From Vulcanimicrobiota bacterium (lineage in GTDB: Bacteria > Vulcanimicrobiota > Vulcanimicrobiia > Vulcanimicrobiales > Vulcanimicrobiaceae), in the NCBI GenBank assembly GCA_963733295.1, contig CAVTCS010000003.1:1376001-1440000 (forward strand): a stretch of DNA of 64,000 nt, in the 5' to 3' direction. A model generated the notes under the pieces. The model was not told the DNA's origin. It was given only the letters and a program-made list of their open reading frames with translations, and ran no database searches. Shown here one piece after another: positions 63,169 through 64,000 of the stretch. How positions within the stretch are numbered: the stretch's first letter is position 1; the number at the start of each line of letters is the position of its first letter. Both the position numbers and the translations under genes were made by a program.

Positions 63169-64000
63169 CTACAGGGCCGAGGCGTACGAAAGGCGAGCGT
63201 GAGCCGGCATCGCGGTCCGGCCGATTCCACGATAGACTAAACCCGCGGACGCGACGCGCCGGGGGTCCAGCACGTTGCAACCGTCGATGACGGTCCTCCG
63301 CCGCAATGAGTGCGCGAACAAGAGCGGATCGATCAGCGCGAACTCGGGCCAATCCGTCAAGACGACCAGAGCGTCCGCGTCGGCTGCTTCGATGGCGGAC
63401 CGCACGAGACGGCTTCCGGGCGGCAGCGGCGCGAGATGCACGGCCGGATCGTAAGCAGTAACGGTCGCGCCGCGCAGCGCCAGTTCTTCGACGATTCGAA
63501 GCGCGAGCGAACTGCGGATGTCGTCGGTCCCCGCCTTGAAGGCGAGACCCCAGACGCCGATCATCGTGCCGTCCAGGTTGCCGATCTCTTGCGCCAACGC
63601 TTCGACGACGCGCATGGGCTGGAGCTCGTTGGCGCGCAGCGTCGCCGAAAACAACTCACGACTCGAGTCGAGTTTCGTCGCGACGTGACGGATGCTCTTG
63701 ACGTCTTTCTCAAAACAAGGGCCACCGAAACCGATGCCGGGGCGCAGGAAGTCCGGTCCGATTCGCGGGTCGTACCCGATGCCGCGCAGCACGTCGTCGG
63801 AGTTTGCACCGAGGGCATCGCAGAGGTTCGCGACTTCGTTGGCATAGGTGACTTTCATCGCGAGGAAGGCGTTGGAACAGCACTTCACGAGTTCGGCGTT
63901 GCAGAGTGAGGTGAAGATGACGGGCTTCTGCAAGGCTTCGAAGAGACGCACGTACGGAACGCCGATCGACGACTTACGCGCACCGACGACGATCCGGGAG
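63169..64000 (-). CDS. ugd: UDP-glucose 6-dehydrogenase (5' end outside window)
   Basis: AELVK..SNAFLA, PGIGFGGPCFEKD, GLAFKAGTDDIR. Confidence 0.92.
   Translation of the reverse strand, partial: SRIVVGARKSSIGVPYVRLFEALQKPVIFTSLCNAELVKCCSNAFLAMKVTYANEVANLCDALGANSDDVLRGIGYDPRIGPDFLRPGIGFGGPCFEKDVKSIRHVATKLDSSRELFSATLRANELQPMRVVEALAQEIGNLDGTMIGVWGLAFKAGTDDIRSSLALRIVEELALRGATVTAYDPAVHLAPLPPGSRLVRSAIEAADADALVVLTDWPEFALIDPLLFAHSLRRRTVIDGCNVLDPRRVASAGLVYRGIGRTAMPAHARLSYASAL

Overview
High-GC bacterial chromosomal window; gene content and order suggest Candidatus Eremiobacterota/Vulcanimicrobiota, but this is inference only. 1-28 kb is mostly housekeeping, largely on the minus strand: frr-pyrH-tsf-rpsB, csrA, an MsbA-like ABC exporter, an ECF sigma/anti-sigma/cytochrome c/degenerate photolyase cluster, queG, moeB/moaE/moaD, phoU, a DUF2249-Crp regulator, coaD, rsmD, recG, hisIE/hisF, tRNA-Cys and tRNA-Gly. 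28-33 kb holds small accessory genes. 33-64 kb is an accessory surface-polysaccharide locus (ugd, wzz/wzc-like, UDP-GlcA decarboxylase, wzx, GT2s, wzy-like, WecG-like, GT39-like, GH16). It encloses a complete hybrid NRPS-PKS line: A-T loader, PPTase, KS-AT-ACP-aminotransferase-C-A-T, and C-A-T-TE with a Cys-nucleophile TE. The main candidate discoveries are (i) this EPS-embedded NRPS-PKS, which may make a diamino-acid peptide that decorates a glycan; (ii) genes whose conserved N-termini lack ATG/GTG/TTG and appear to start at CTG or GTA codons overlapping the upstream stop by 4 nt; (iii) a photolyase homologue with substituted substrate and FAD residues; and (iv) a structured intergenic RNA candidate. 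Six single-base frameshifts are visible and may be long-read assembly errors. No database searches were run.
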